Shown: positions 27,293 to 43,734 of the stretch, in pieces
Numbering within the stretch: position 1 is the first letter of the stretch
Layout of the letters: every line of letters starts with the position of its first letter
Source: the human T2T-CHM13v2.0 reference genome, Homo sapiens
Length of the DNA: 64,000 nucleotides
Reading direction: 5' to 3' (one strand)
Assembly: GCF_009914755.1 (NCBI RefSeq)
Contig: NC_060930.1
Program-made: the position numbers and the translations under genes
The notes under the pieces: model-generated
Told to the model about the DNA's origin: nothing
What the model saw: only the letters and a program-made list of their open reading frames with translations
Database searches by the model: none

Positions 27293-28329
27293 ACAGTTGT
27301 ACATAACAAATATCATAATAAATTTTTCTTATAACTAATACCCTCGTACCCTCTAGCTATTACAATATAGAGGGTATGAGTCAATAATCCTTGACAATAT
27401 TAATAACATTTTTCAATATTTTAGGAAAGCTCTTTGCTCTAACAAAAGGATCTAGATGGAACTTCAGATTTATGTTGCTAAAATACATAGTATATTTAGA
27501 TTTAATTTACATTTTAAGGTAATGGTTAAAAAATTTGCTAGCTTATTTCTTAACTGTTTTTCAACAGGATGAACTATCTAGCACATGGGTTGTACTCTCA
27601 AATTACCCATGTTAAATATCTACCATTCTTCTAAGATTTTTTAAATTAACCAGTAATGAAGTTATACTTTCTAGTGATGGCTAAATTAAAGAAAATAGGG
27701 ATTATAATTTTGTTTCTCCTGATCTAAACTTAGCTTTGTAAATTCAAATGTAGGATACTCCAGGGAATGGCTGAATATAAATTAGAAGTATCTGAGAGAA
27801 AGAGAAAATTCTTAGCAGATCATATTTTTGTCATTAACATGAATACATGAATGTACATGTGTAAAGCATGTGAGTATATAACATCATATAATATTTAATT
27901 AGCTCATACAGATTAATCGTGCCACGTTTTGTCCTGAACTAATTTGACCTATGTTCTCGTTTTGTTTTTCCCTTTATTGTCTTCTATTGACAAGAGTATT
28001 ACGTAAAAATTAACTTTGAGTAGAAAACAAATAACTAATCAAAAACAAATTAAATTATTTGATTCAAAACTCATAAGATTCACCTCTTTGTTTTTGATTC
28101 AGTACTTCTGTTTCAAAGTATATTACTTTAATAAATGTTTAGTAATTATTATGCAATGGTGTTTATAATGATAATGAGTCTAAAGTCCACTAAGGTGAGA
28201 GACAGCATCATAGCATAAAACATAAGATCTTTATTGGAGACAGAAAAAGAAAACCTGATTATTGAATTTTACTATTTTGGCTAAATATCATTAAACAGCA
28301 TGCTTTCCAGGAAATAGAGAACAAAATAA

Positions 28330-29030
28330 AGAAAGGCAGCATGTTCCCAGGGGGACTAGCTAACAAAATATGACACTAACAGAGCAAAATGCTCTTAGCC
28401 AAGCTAATAGCTCACAGAATGGTGTTAGTATGCAATTTATAATTTGACTGTGAGGCCTAGATTTTCACAGATGCCACTCTAAATGTCAGTACTTTCACCA
28501 CGTCACAATGAACAAAAGGTAAGCCATTAGATGAAACCAACAGCTGTGTCACTATTGAAACACATCTTAAGTAAATAATATATTGCAGATTTATGATGAC
28601 ATTGAAACAGATTCAGGGATGATGCCATTTGTTCAACTTAATTGCTCAGTAGAGATATTACACGTTTTGGGTCCACCATTAACAAGACAAACCCCCATAA
28701 ATCCTGTGCCAACCAAATCGTTGGGACACATTCAGTTACAATGAAGTCAAATAAACTCAACCTAAAATTGAATTACAAAGCGTTGTTGAATAACTGCTTT
28801 ATGCAAAACTGAGAACAACCAAAATCAGGGTAGAAACAAGAAATTCTATGAGGACATGCCTAAGCATAATTTTGAGCAACAGGGCATAGCCAATGACTGA
28901 GAAACCATAGCAACAGGAAGAACAAGTTGGCATGTTAGTAATCTGAGATAGGATGATTCTTACAAAGGGAGGAAGCTGAGCTGTAAGCAGAATCAAGAGT
29001 GTAAACATAAAACAAGCATGCTTCCTCACC
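28330..29030 (+). mobile_element. RTE-X (L4-like) ancient LINE, ORF2 C-terminal relic
   Basis: LLYAKL at ~28794, then 28823-28933 translates NQGRNKKFYEDMPKHNFEQQGIAND*ETIATGRTSWH, matching the RTE-clade pattern LLYGEL..G.R..G..KKR.KD..K..L....I....WE..A.DR..WR. Confidence 0.7.
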
Positions 29031-30543
29031 TACAGATAGGAATGCAGCTAATAGATGTCAGTAAAAAGAGCACCATCATTAAATCCTGGAGCCCATACCT
29101 TTAGAATACATGTATCAGGACTATTTTATAAGGAAATAATTTTGACAATTCAGTAATTTAGCCCCCTTGGATGCCATTTGAGAAAAAATTATACTTATGT
29201 CAAAAATAATAAAGGATACTATAAAAAGGATTTAACATACACTAAGTTAAATGCCAAAGCATGTTATTTGGCAATCCAAATTTGGAAATTGATGATGTAC
29301 AAAAATCCTAAAAGTGACAGCTTTGTCATACACTGGAACAAGAAAATTCAACATATTTGAACAAGTCCTGTTTGGCAAAAATGGAAAATTTCATTTCCTC
29401 AAGGTAAATTGTGAGACGATGAGGAACATGTAAGTATGTAGAAATTGAAACAATAGGATTATTTTTATATTTCTACAAAGGAAAATACTTTCTTCTTTTT
29501 CATGTCTACTATAAGTTGTTTAATCTGCAGTATAATGTAAAAAGAACCAGTGAGGTATTCTCTGTATTTCTTCCCATTTTTACGGTCCTGAATATTTATA
29601 AAGCTGGACTACACATTTTCCTGCATGAATTAGCTGTAAATCTCAAGTCATATTTTAGCCAAGTAAATACATCTTCAAGGAAAGACCTTTAAGGAAAGGA
29701 AAAATGGGATTTTAAAGCCAAATTTTAAGTACAACTTCCTGGATAGTATTTTATTTGAGATACTCTGCTGCGTTATCAGTAAAGATAGAAAATCACAGTG
29801 AGGTTGAGCCTTTTTTTATGAATTGCGATTGAAAGCAATTAGGTTTATAATTGTTTCCCAGCTGATAAATAAATGTAAAAGTCTAAATATTGTGTTGCAT
29901 TTATAATCAGATTAGTCTAAGAAAATCAGAATTGTAAAAATCGTTCTTAATAAATAGTACTAATAGTTATAAATGGGTTTAATTCTGACAAAGTGAGATA
30001 GTTTAAATTTTCTTTACTTTTGTTAAATCTTATAAAATACAACAAAATGAACAAAAAATAGAAGAGCCCCTTCTTTAATGCAGGCGTTTCGTGCTTCTTT
30101 AATGAAGCAGAAAAAAATAAAAGATTATAACCACAATTCATACCTTATACTGAAAAGCTGTCAAGTACTCTAAAATTTGAACCAAAATGCAGAGAGACAA
30201 CAGTTCACCTGTATGTCCTTAGACATGGGGAGGTGGGAAAGTGTTAAGTTACCCCTAAAAGTATGAATTAGCTTCCTAAATGGTATGTTTAATGATTGTC
30301 AAAAATATTGACACAGGTGGTCATAGAAAAAATATGGGTGTTGCCTCAGTTTGGCACATTATAAATGTAGGAGAAATTAGAATGGAAAGATTATAATAAT
30401 TATCAGTTTTTGCAATTTAAGGCAGACATTTAGCTAAGAAGAGATCTGAAATAAATTGCAAGAAAGGAAGGAAGAAAAACAGTTTTTATAACTTAAAGGC
30501 TTCATGAATTAAGGGGCTTTATTATAAGTCATATCGACCAACT

Positions 30544-30915
30544 TGTATTAGTCCGTTTTCATACTGCTATAAATAATTTCCTGAGACTGGGTTATTTATA
30601 AAGGAAGGAGTTTTAATTGACTCACAGTTCAGTTTGTCTGGGAGGCCTCAGGAAATTTACAGTCACGTCAGAAGGTGAAGGGGAAGCAAGGCACATTCTT
30701 CTCAGGGTGGTAGGAAGGAGAAATGCCCAGTGAATGGAAAATGGCCCCTTATAAAACCATCAGATCTCATGAGAACTCACTATCACGGGAACAGCACAGG
30801 GGAATCACCCCCATGATTCAATTACTTCCACCTGGTCTCTCCCTTGACACATGGGGATTATCGTGATTACAATTCAAGATGAGATTTTGGGTGAGTACCC
30901 AGCCAAACAATATCA
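30544..30915 (-). mobile_element. MaLR solo LTR (THE1C/D-like)
   Basis: tgtattagtccgttttcatactgctataa...ccatcagatctcatgagaactcactatcac...ccaaacaatatca; 5-bp TSD caact/catct. Confidence 0.92.
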
Positions 30916-31197
30916 CATCTGAATGTAAACAACTGAGGGAGGTCATGTCCTGGAGGATAATAGACTTAAGAAATTTAGGATTGCAGACAACAGTCATAAT
31001 TTAAAGCTGTGGTTGTCCCCAGATGTCGTTCACACAATCCTTACACTATTATTCAGCAAGTGATTGGCTTGAGTCAAAAATAATAAAGGAAGAGAAAGAT
31101 AAATAAGGAACTACCCTGGCATTAATGTATGGATATGACCAAAACTCAAGAGATAGAGAATAAGAAACCTACAAAATTAAGGTGAAAAATATGGTAA

Positions 31198-31536
<339 letters not shown>

Positions 31537-31592
31537 TCTCCTTAGTGTTTAACAACACACATGTTTTTCACAAAGAATGGATCCAATACAGC

Positions 31593-31593
<1 letters not shown>

Positions 31594-31622
<29 letters not shown>
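31594..31622. repeat. (CA)n microsatellite
   Basis: Directly visible. Confidence 0.95.
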
Positions 31623-31626
<4 letters not shown>

Positions 31627-34074
31627 AATTTGTATCAAAATACACAAAAAAAATCGATTATAGCTACTTGAGATAAAAGATAAGGAATTGTAATTTAGGA
31701 AAGGCAAGGGCTGATGGTGGATAATAGATCAATGGTGGTTAGCATAAAAAGTACTTAGATTTGAGATACATACTAGGGGAGAACGGGGTAGAATTTTAAT
31801 GGATCCAAAATGGGGGTAAAATGAGTAAAGTGAATCCTTTTGATAACTCATAGCATTCACTTCACCAGACCTCGTGAAATTATAATGCTGCTTTGATTTA
31901 TATATTTATCTCTTTCACAACCAGCCCATCTGATTCCTTCAAAGTTGGCTCTATTTTCATTTTTAGGACTGATACAAATTAGTCTTAATCAATCAGGATA
32001 ATCTCATCCTCCTCACCAGATACAGAATTCCAATCACTATTTGCGATTCTTTTTTCTTTTTTTTTTTTTTGGTTCATTGGTCCAGAAGCAGACATATGCC
32101 AACATTTTCTCAAATCATACTTAAAAATAAGACCTTTTTCAGATGAATTAAAAAGTTTATTTTTCACAGGATGTGAATGTCTTGGATATGTTGATTAGAC
32201 AATTAAATGGATAAACCTATTTTAATATCCTGGGCAAATATGTTAAATTGAAAATCAGTTGATTATATGTAACTGTTATGTTGAATAAGAGCTCATGGAA
32301 ATTATTTATAAAAGAAACTTTATTTTACTTCTCAGTATCTCTTTACTTGCATACTATGACTTTTCTAATCAATGTAAGGCAATAGAAAAACCTGTGGTTG
32401 TGTAAGAGTTAACATAGTCTCAAAGCAGTTATTGAAAATGTGCCATCTCAATGATAATAAAAACAGAATTTGATTTAACAAAAAATATGCTCCTCTTCTC
32501 TTACTCCCTGAATAAATGGCTGCTTGATGTGGGAAATAGGAGTGTAATCCTACTTCTTTTTTTCTCTCTAAGCCTACTAAGTGTGGTTTCAAACCAGGTC
32601 TAATCAAAAAGAGGGAGTTAAGTGGGGAGGAAAGTTCTTACACAGATTAATCACTTGTTAAGATGGAATTGTGTTCTCTGGGTTTAGTGTATAGTTTTAA
32701 ATATGTCTTTTTATCTCTCTTGGACACTTTCAAAGGTTCTTTAGGGACTCCCCACTGGTGATATCTGACTGTACTTAATGAAACATGGAACAAGCGTTTT
32801 CCTTGAATCCTCCTTTTTAACAATTTGACTCCACTCCTTCTTAGTTTCCCATTCCCCCTCAGACAATCTTCTGAGAAGATTTAAACTGGCTTCAGGTTAT
32901 CTTTCTCTGATGAATCACACCCCTCTGACCCATGGAAAACTTTCAGGTATTTTTTACTGTCCATTTCCAAAAGTCAGGCCAATTCTATTGTAATAACAAA
33001 GCTCCTTATTACTTTACTCAAGTTGTTAACCAAATAGTCTTATTCTTGAAAAGCAGTCCCTGGATGGGAATCAGGCACCAGTCCATTCAGCCTCTACAAT
33101 TTTATCAAGCATATATTAAACTCCTAAGCAGAATTAATAAAAAGTACTAGTTCTCAGATTCAGAAAACCCAGCAAATGTCAATCAATATAAATAAATGAC
33201 ATAGCTAGATACTGGAGGTTGAAATTGTTGATTTTCTCTTTCACGTCTTTCCCTTTGTCTCAAATATCCTACGTTCTGTATAATTTCTTCATATACAACT
33301 TCCAAACAGCTATCTTTCAATGGTGCTTAAAGAAAGCAGAATAGCATAGGAGTGATGGGTATTTTCTGGATCCGGAATGCATGACTTAAATCCTAAAACT
33401 AATTTATAAACAATAAGTGTGGGGCAAAACACTTAAATTTTCTGGTTTTACTCTTTCCCTTTATGACTTCATAAATATTTTCTTTGATTTTCTACCAGTA
33501 CATCTTTGCAGAGAGAGAGAAACAATAATTTGGAGATTAATATGCGAGTTTAGATAGTAGGAAAAACCTAAAGATACATAAGTAAATGAATAATGTCATT
33601 AGAGTCATAGGGAAGAAATGTTAACCCACAGCCAGTGTGCTTTCTGTATTGGTAGGCTAAATATTGCATCTGGTGACCTCAATTAGAATGTAGCCTATAT
33701 CCCATATTAGAATATATAGCCTATGCTTAGGAATATCTAAAAATTCAGACAGGAGGTATTAACAACTTGTTCTAGATTAGAAAGGATAAGATTGTATGAG
33801 ATGAGTCATCCAAAGAATGTTGTAGAAGCTATTGCGTGTAAGGAGTGAGGTGCAAAACACTAATAATTGGAAAAAGGAACCTAAGAAAGAAAATGTGCTT
33901 AATTTATGCACATTATATCTGAAGTCTCAAGGGTACACTCAGGTTGGTGTATCCAGTATACCAATATTTATGTAGATCTATAGTTCAGAGTCAGATGAAA
34001 TACACAAAAATAATAGCTAACACTGCTAAGAAAGAGAATGTGAAGAGAGAAGAGTAAGGGACTAAAGGTACCAA

Positions 34075-34235
34075 CATATGCTAAGAAATTAATGAAGCTT
34101 AAGCTTCTTGTCCTCTCACTTGCATGGATTCCTTCTGAAGCCATGGGAGGGTCCTAGGAAGGTGCTCACATGGTGATATATTTTTGTAAAATTTGCAACA
34201 CTAGATTTTTTAAATTCTTGTTACTTTTTTTGTAA
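34075..34235. mobile_element. hAT-Tip100 fragment (Arthur1/MER69-like)
   Basis: taatgaagcttaagcttc..ctctcacttgcatgg..ccttc..ggagggtcctag..tcacatggt..atatttttgtaaaatttgcaa. Confidence 0.6.
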
Positions 34236-34242
34236 AAGCCTC

Positions 34243-34273
<31 letters not shown>

Positions 34274-34280
34274 GACACAC
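34243..34280. repeat. (TA)n(CA)n microsatellite
   Basis: Directly visible, just upstream of the Tigger TIR. Confidence 0.9.
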
Positions 34281-34305
34281 ATATGCCTATGTATAATTAT
34301 CTATA

Positions 34306-36315
34306 CAGTTGACTGTTGAAAATATGAGGGTTCAGATGCCACCCACCAGCACATTAAAAAATCCATGTATAATTTTGACCCCCATAAAACTTAACTAATA
34401 AAATATTGCTAACCAGAAGCCTTACCAATAACATAAACTCTTGATTAACACATACTTTGTATGATGTATGTCTTACATATGATATTCTTACAATAAAGTA
34501 AGCTAGAAAAAAGAAAATGTTATCTAAAAAATTAGAAGAAAGATAAATATTCAGTATTCATTCAGTCGGAGCAGATCATCATAAAAATCTTCATCCTTGT
34601 CATTTTCATGTTGAGTAGGCTGAGAAGGAGGAAAATTTGGTCTCGTCTCAGGGGTGACAGAGGCCGAAGAGGTGGAGTAAGTAGAAGGAAAGGCAGGAGA
34701 GAGAGATGAATTCAGAGTAACTTTATGGAAATACAATCGTACTTTCTGTATTTTTTTTTTCATTTTTTTTTTGCTTTTTCATTTTTCTAAAAATGCTTCT
34801 ACATAGTAGCAATCCCTCTTCTACCATTTGCTTTAGTTTCAGTGCCCATATCATAGAAAAGATCATGTCATAAAACAAGTCAAAAACAGTCTTGTATAAT
34901 CAAAACGTTTCTGCCAGATTGTCTATTGTCAATTTGTTTTCTGGCAATGCTTCTCCTATGTCTTTATCTCATCATCTGGTACTGGATCAGAAGCACTCAT
35001 CTTTATCAAATAATCTTCTGTTAATTTTTCTGGCGTGGTGTCTATTAGCTTTTGAATTCCTCTAAGATCCATATCTTGAAATGCTTCATCCTCCACCTTT
35101 TTTTTTTTTTAATTTTTTTGCCATATCCACAATCTCTTATATTTTCTTGATTGGCTGTGTCATAAATCCTGTGAAGTTATACACAACATCTGGACAGCAT
35201 TTTCCCCAGCAGGCATTTATTGTTTGGGGTTTGATGGCTTCCATGGCTTTTTCTACAATAACGATGGCATCTTCAATTGTAAAATCCACCCAGATGTTTA
35301 TAATATTCCACCAGGATTCTCTTCCATACTTTTGACAATCCTTTTCATAGAGTACCATATATAATGAGTTTTAAAGTTTATTATGACCCTGTGATCTAGA
35401 AGCTGAATTGAAGACATGTTTGGGGGCAAATAGACCATTTTGATGCCTTTGGTGTTGAACTCACAGAGTTCTGGTTGCCCAGGGGTATTGTCCAATATCA
35501 AAAACAAAAAACAAACAACCTAAAAACTTTCAGACAGTCCCTTACTGATAAGGTACTTCCTGACTTCGGGGACAAAGGCAAAGTGTCAATTAAATCATCC
35601 AGAAAAAAGTGTTCTCATTGCTTAGGCTGTCTTGTTGTACAATCACAAGACTGACAGCAGGTGTTTATCTTTTTCCTTCAATGCTTGGCAGTTAGCAGTT
35701 TCAAAGGTAAGGACAGTCCTGACTATAAACCTGACTGCATTTTACAAAACAGAATAGTTGGCCTATTCTTCCCTGCCTTAAAACCTTATTCGTGCATCTC
35801 TCCGTTACTAATAAATGTCGATTGTGTCATTTTTGTTCAGAATGGACATTTTTTCTCTGCATTACAAACCTGTTCGGACAGATATCCTTTTTCCTGAATG
35901 ATTTTCTTACTGACATTTGGAAACTCATTTGCTGCCTCTTCGCTGGCAGAAGTTGCTTTTCTTTTTATGTTCACTTTTTTTTTTTTTAAGGCAAATCTCT
36001 TTCTAAAATTATCAAATCATCCTTTGCTGGCTTTAAATTATCCGGCTTCAGATCCTTCACTTTTCTTGTGCTTTAAGTTATCATATAATGATTTCACTTT
36101 TTCTCAAATCATAATATAGTCTATAGGCATGCCTTTTCTTATAGCAATCCTGCACCCACATAAAAGCTGCATTTTCAATATGAGATAAAAAGATATTTCA
36201 ACAAAAGAGCAAGGTTTTCATGCCTGCTGGTGTAGATGCAATAATGATGTCATGAATTTCCTTTTCTTTCTTTACAATGATACTTACACTGGATTCATTT
36301 ATCTTGAAATGGAAA
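34306..36315 (-). mobile_element. Tigger2 (pogo/TcMar) DNA transposon with decayed transposase, other end missing
   Basis: TA|cagttgac TIR at 34306; ORF fragments LILDNTPGQP..LPPNMSSIQLLDHRVI (DDE core), WVDFTIEDAIVIVEKA..INACWGK and PQPTQHENDKDEDFYDD. Confidence 0.92.
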
Positions 36316-36668
36316 AACTGAGAACATAGGACACATTTACAAGAGACATCTGCTTCAATCCTGTGGGTCTCAATGTAAACTTTAAAAGAATACCCATAAT
36401 TAGAGTAAAAAAGAAGGGGAATAGTAAGAAAATGAGAAAAGCTTAAGTAGTATAAGTACCTGAAGAGAAATAAATGAAAGCAATATTAGCAAAACAAAGA
36501 AAAAAAGACTGTCACAATGAGCCTGGTCAAATCTTCAACCTCAGAAGTGCTCAAAAATGAGACGCTCTAAGAATGCTGTCAAATTGGGTTTATGATAGAC
36601 CATAGTTGACTATATAAATATAAATTTAATTGTATAAGTGGATCAGAAAGGCACCCTAAAAGCTATAA

Positions 36669-36969
<301 letters not shown>

Positions 36970-37620
36970 ACTCCTCCTGCATTTCTAAGCTAATCATTTT
37001 CTGAAAATCTTCCTGCCCAAACACCTGTATGTTTCTGTGATATTAAATGAGTTAATAAAATTCTTAGAAAATCTGGTACATTGTAGGCACTTTTGAACAA
37101 TTATCTACTATTATAATAATTATCAAGAAGATTCTAAAGACATTGTGAACAAAGCAATAGGAAGAACAATAGATATCAGTTTAAGATTGCTAAGAAAATA
37201 GCAAGTCTTCTCAAATCAGAGAAGACTATGTTGCAGTGATCTCTAGAGTATTGGGAGGTCAAGACACAAAGGGGAAAGAGGGATGATGGGGGGAATCCAG
37301 GTTCTAGGAACAGGAGAAACTGGGAAGATCAAGAAGAATATCAGAGATGGGAACAATAAGAAGAGTATGGGCTGCTTATAGCTGGTCAAAAAACCAGATA
37401 GGCAAAAAGTTAAGAATTGAAGATATGGAGACTGTTATTAGAGAAGAATTTTAGAATTGAAAATATTGGAAGCAGAGCAATTCTAATCTCCATAGGCATA
37501 GGTGACAGTAGACCCGAGATATCCAAAGTAGAGTGAACATTTCATAATCAATATAATGATAACACAAAATTATACTGTACAGCTCACAGAGCTTCACACT
37601 TCTCAAAGTAATGCATACAA

Positions 37621-37623
<3 letters not shown>

Positions 37624-37651
<28 letters not shown>
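37624..37651. repeat. (CA)n microsatellite
   Basis: Directly visible. Confidence 0.95.
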
Positions 37652-38087
37652 TAATGCATGCACTTATACACATACAACACACTATACGCATGAGGATATC
37701 TATTATCCTAAATTAGCAGGAAGCTGAAAGTTTGGAAAGATAATAAGATAGTTTTAGCTTATTCTACCAGCAATTATAGTAATGATTTTTCCTTCAATCC
37801 TTTATTCTAATTAACAGAACATGACTAGTTTACAGATATCATTTTCTTATTAAGAATATTTTACAGAAATATTTTTCATAGTCTCTTATAAAATATGAAA
37901 GTACAATGTATCTCAATGTCCATGACTAATAGGCTCTAGCAGATACTCTTAAAAAATTAACTTGATAATTTTCTTCTCCTTCATTCGTGTGTATTGATGA
38001 CTTTTTTAGTTTTAAATCCTTTAAGGAGACCTCAAGTTTCTCTTTCATATACCTATATTGCTTTGTACTTTGAAATAAAGAATTCTT

Positions 38088-38408
<321 letters not shown>

Positions 38409-39333
38409 CTAATCCCTTTTGATTTTTATAGCAGTTTTATGCACTCTCAGTGTCTGCTTAAGAATTACGTTATCTTTTTTGACCAGTAAGCAAATACTAG
38501 AATGTTGAAGATGCCTCTAATTTTAGTACAGAGAATTTTTTCAGATTATAAGCACTGGCTACTTTTTTCATTAACACAGAACATTATACTCAAAGACACA
38601 TTCAACTCAATGCCTTCCAGTTTTCTCAAAGGTTTATTTCAAAGTATAATTGTTTTATACAAAAAAAAAAAAAAACACTCATATGTTACCATGGTATTGA
38701 CTGTTACAAATCAATATGAATATGCTCTAACTATCCAAGCAGAAATATTGAGAAAGGCACATTATGCTCTCACATGGGTAACAATTCCAGGATGAATCTT
38801 CACTGTGGAAGACTAATTTCATGTCATGAGCAGCCCTCGATGAATTAGTATGTGAATCAACTAGTTACTATCTCTACTAATGCAGAATATTTTGTGGAAA
38901 CATCTTTTACATGAACTTTGAACATAAATTACTGCAATGAAAATTGGAAAAACATCCATATCACATCACTAGAAAAAGAACAAAATGAATTTTTCTAGTC
39001 ATTTAGGAAATTTTTAACCAAATGTTTTAAAGCTTTTTTTTTGGAAATTTATTAAATTTACTCTATTTGTCTTATCAAATAAGTAGCAAGATAAGAAACT
39101 ACGATAAAATATACCTTTCAACTTACACATGCAATGAGATGATCATTGTTCAATGGCCTTGTAACAAAGGAATTCAGCATTCACATTCTAATAGGGTTGT
39201 AATTTGAATTCAATGAAATTTCCATTAGTAAAAGATCCTCATCTAATTAAACACAAACAAATACATCTTAATTCATACCCTCAACAGAAGTAATCCCTTT
39301 ATATCACAGCCAACTTCAATGCTTTCAAAGGAT

Positions 39334-42208
<2,875 letters not shown>

Positions 42209-42754
42209 TTAATCAAAAACAGCTAGTTATTTCAATTAACTTTCTGTTTAACATGAATGACGCATTATTTCCAATGTCCTGTGCTATAAATGGTGACACA
42301 TTATTCGTTAATTTGCTGATCCTCCAATAAATATGGAATAACCACTACATCAGTTCCAGGCGACTTCCAGGTTCTTAGAATTTCCTTTATCAGGACAACA
42401 TTGGCCCTTAAATTGAATTTTTTTACAAATTGGCATTTTTTTTTTGTTAAGATCATGCATAGAACCACTCAAAACTTTGGGAGTTAAAAACCAGAACCTT
42501 CCAGGAATCAAAGAATATAAACTCAAATAGAAAATAAAAATCATGCACATAATTAACTGTAACAAAAAATGTAAATGTTAAATTGATAACTTTTCAAAAT
42601 TTAAAATATCTTAATTTCATGCTGTTCTTGTCTCTATAATCATTATAATACACTTTAACATACCTTTAATTTTGAAATTTTATTTGACCTGTTGTATGAT
42701 AATATCTTACCAATGATGATGGTGGTGGTGATGATGGTGATGATGATGGTGGGG

Positions 42755-43005
42755 ATGCTAACTAACAGTTGTTGGACATTATGTGCCAGTCACTGCTCTA
42801 AGTAGTTGATATGTATTGACTTGGTAAATTCTCACATCTGTATGAAGTAGATGCTATTATATTTAGAATTTAAAAGCAGGAGACCTGAAAGACACAGAGG
42901 CTAAATAATCTGCCCAAGTTCCCACAGCCAGTATGGGCAGAGCCAGGAAGAAATCTAGGCTATCTGGTTTTAAAAGTTACATTGTCAACCACCACACAAT
43001 ATTGT
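42755..43005 (-). mobile_element. MIR, preceded by a (GAT/GGT)n simple repeat at 42713-42753
   Basis: atgtgccagtcactgctctaag...acacagaggctaaataatctgcccaagttcccacagccagt. Confidence 0.8.
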
Positions 43006-43092
43006 CCCTTAAATCATCATTGCAAATGTCATAAAATATCATGAAATATGTTCTGTATCAAATAACTCATACAAAGAAATATTTCTCTATAG

Positions 43093-43277
43093 TAGGATTC
43101 AACAAACTTCCTAGTAATGGTCTAGATAACAAATAGGCTTCGTAAACCACATAATCTCTGTTTTAAATGTTTTTAAAATATATATAAATAAATGGATGTG
43201 GCTGTCCTTCAAGAAAACTTTATTTATAGAACAGGTAATAGGTTGAATTTGTTCCATAAGCTAGTTTGCTCACAGCA
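43093..43277. mobile_element. MER58A-like hAT MITE
   Basis: aacaaacttcc...aatggatgtggctgtccttcaagaaaactttatttatagaacagg...tagtttgct. Confidence 0.75.
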
Positions 43278-43734
43278 TACAAGTATTAGAATATGTTAAT
43301 GTTTTGATTAATTAAATACCATTATTTATTTCAACGTTGAATTGCTGTTGAAATGTTTTCTTAAATGAAGGTGATTAATAAGACTAAAAGCAGCAATACT
43401 TTAATTGAGCTGGATATCCCCAGATAAATATTAGAAAATTATTTTTAAAGATGTTCTAGTCTTTCACACCTTCAATTTGCTCCTTAAAATTCTTCCCAGT
43501 GAATTCTATAGTTTGGATTAATTATTTCTGCCCACCTGCTATGGGACCTTAAAAAATTAACGTTTATAGAAATTTACAAGTTTCACAGTCTGTAAAATGA
43601 ATCTAATAATATAATTGTTCTATTTAATCTGAGATTTCCAGGAAACTTCCAGGTTTCTAGAATTTCCTTTATCAGGAAAATATTATCCCTTAAATTGAAT
43701 TTTTTCACAAATTGGCATTCTTTTCTTAAAATCA

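Larger units (their letters stand above)
33500..36660 (-). mobile_element. Decayed L2 pieces (~33500-34070 and ~36330-36660) flanking nested DNA transposons
   Basis: Purine-rich antisense L2-like tracts (agagaatgtgaagagagaagagtaagggactaaagg; aatttaattgtataagtggatcagaaag). Confidence 0.4.

Noticed and set aside
35137-35507. Domesticated TIGD-like transposase gene
   Set aside because: Multiple frameshifts and stops; a decayed Tigger2 copy
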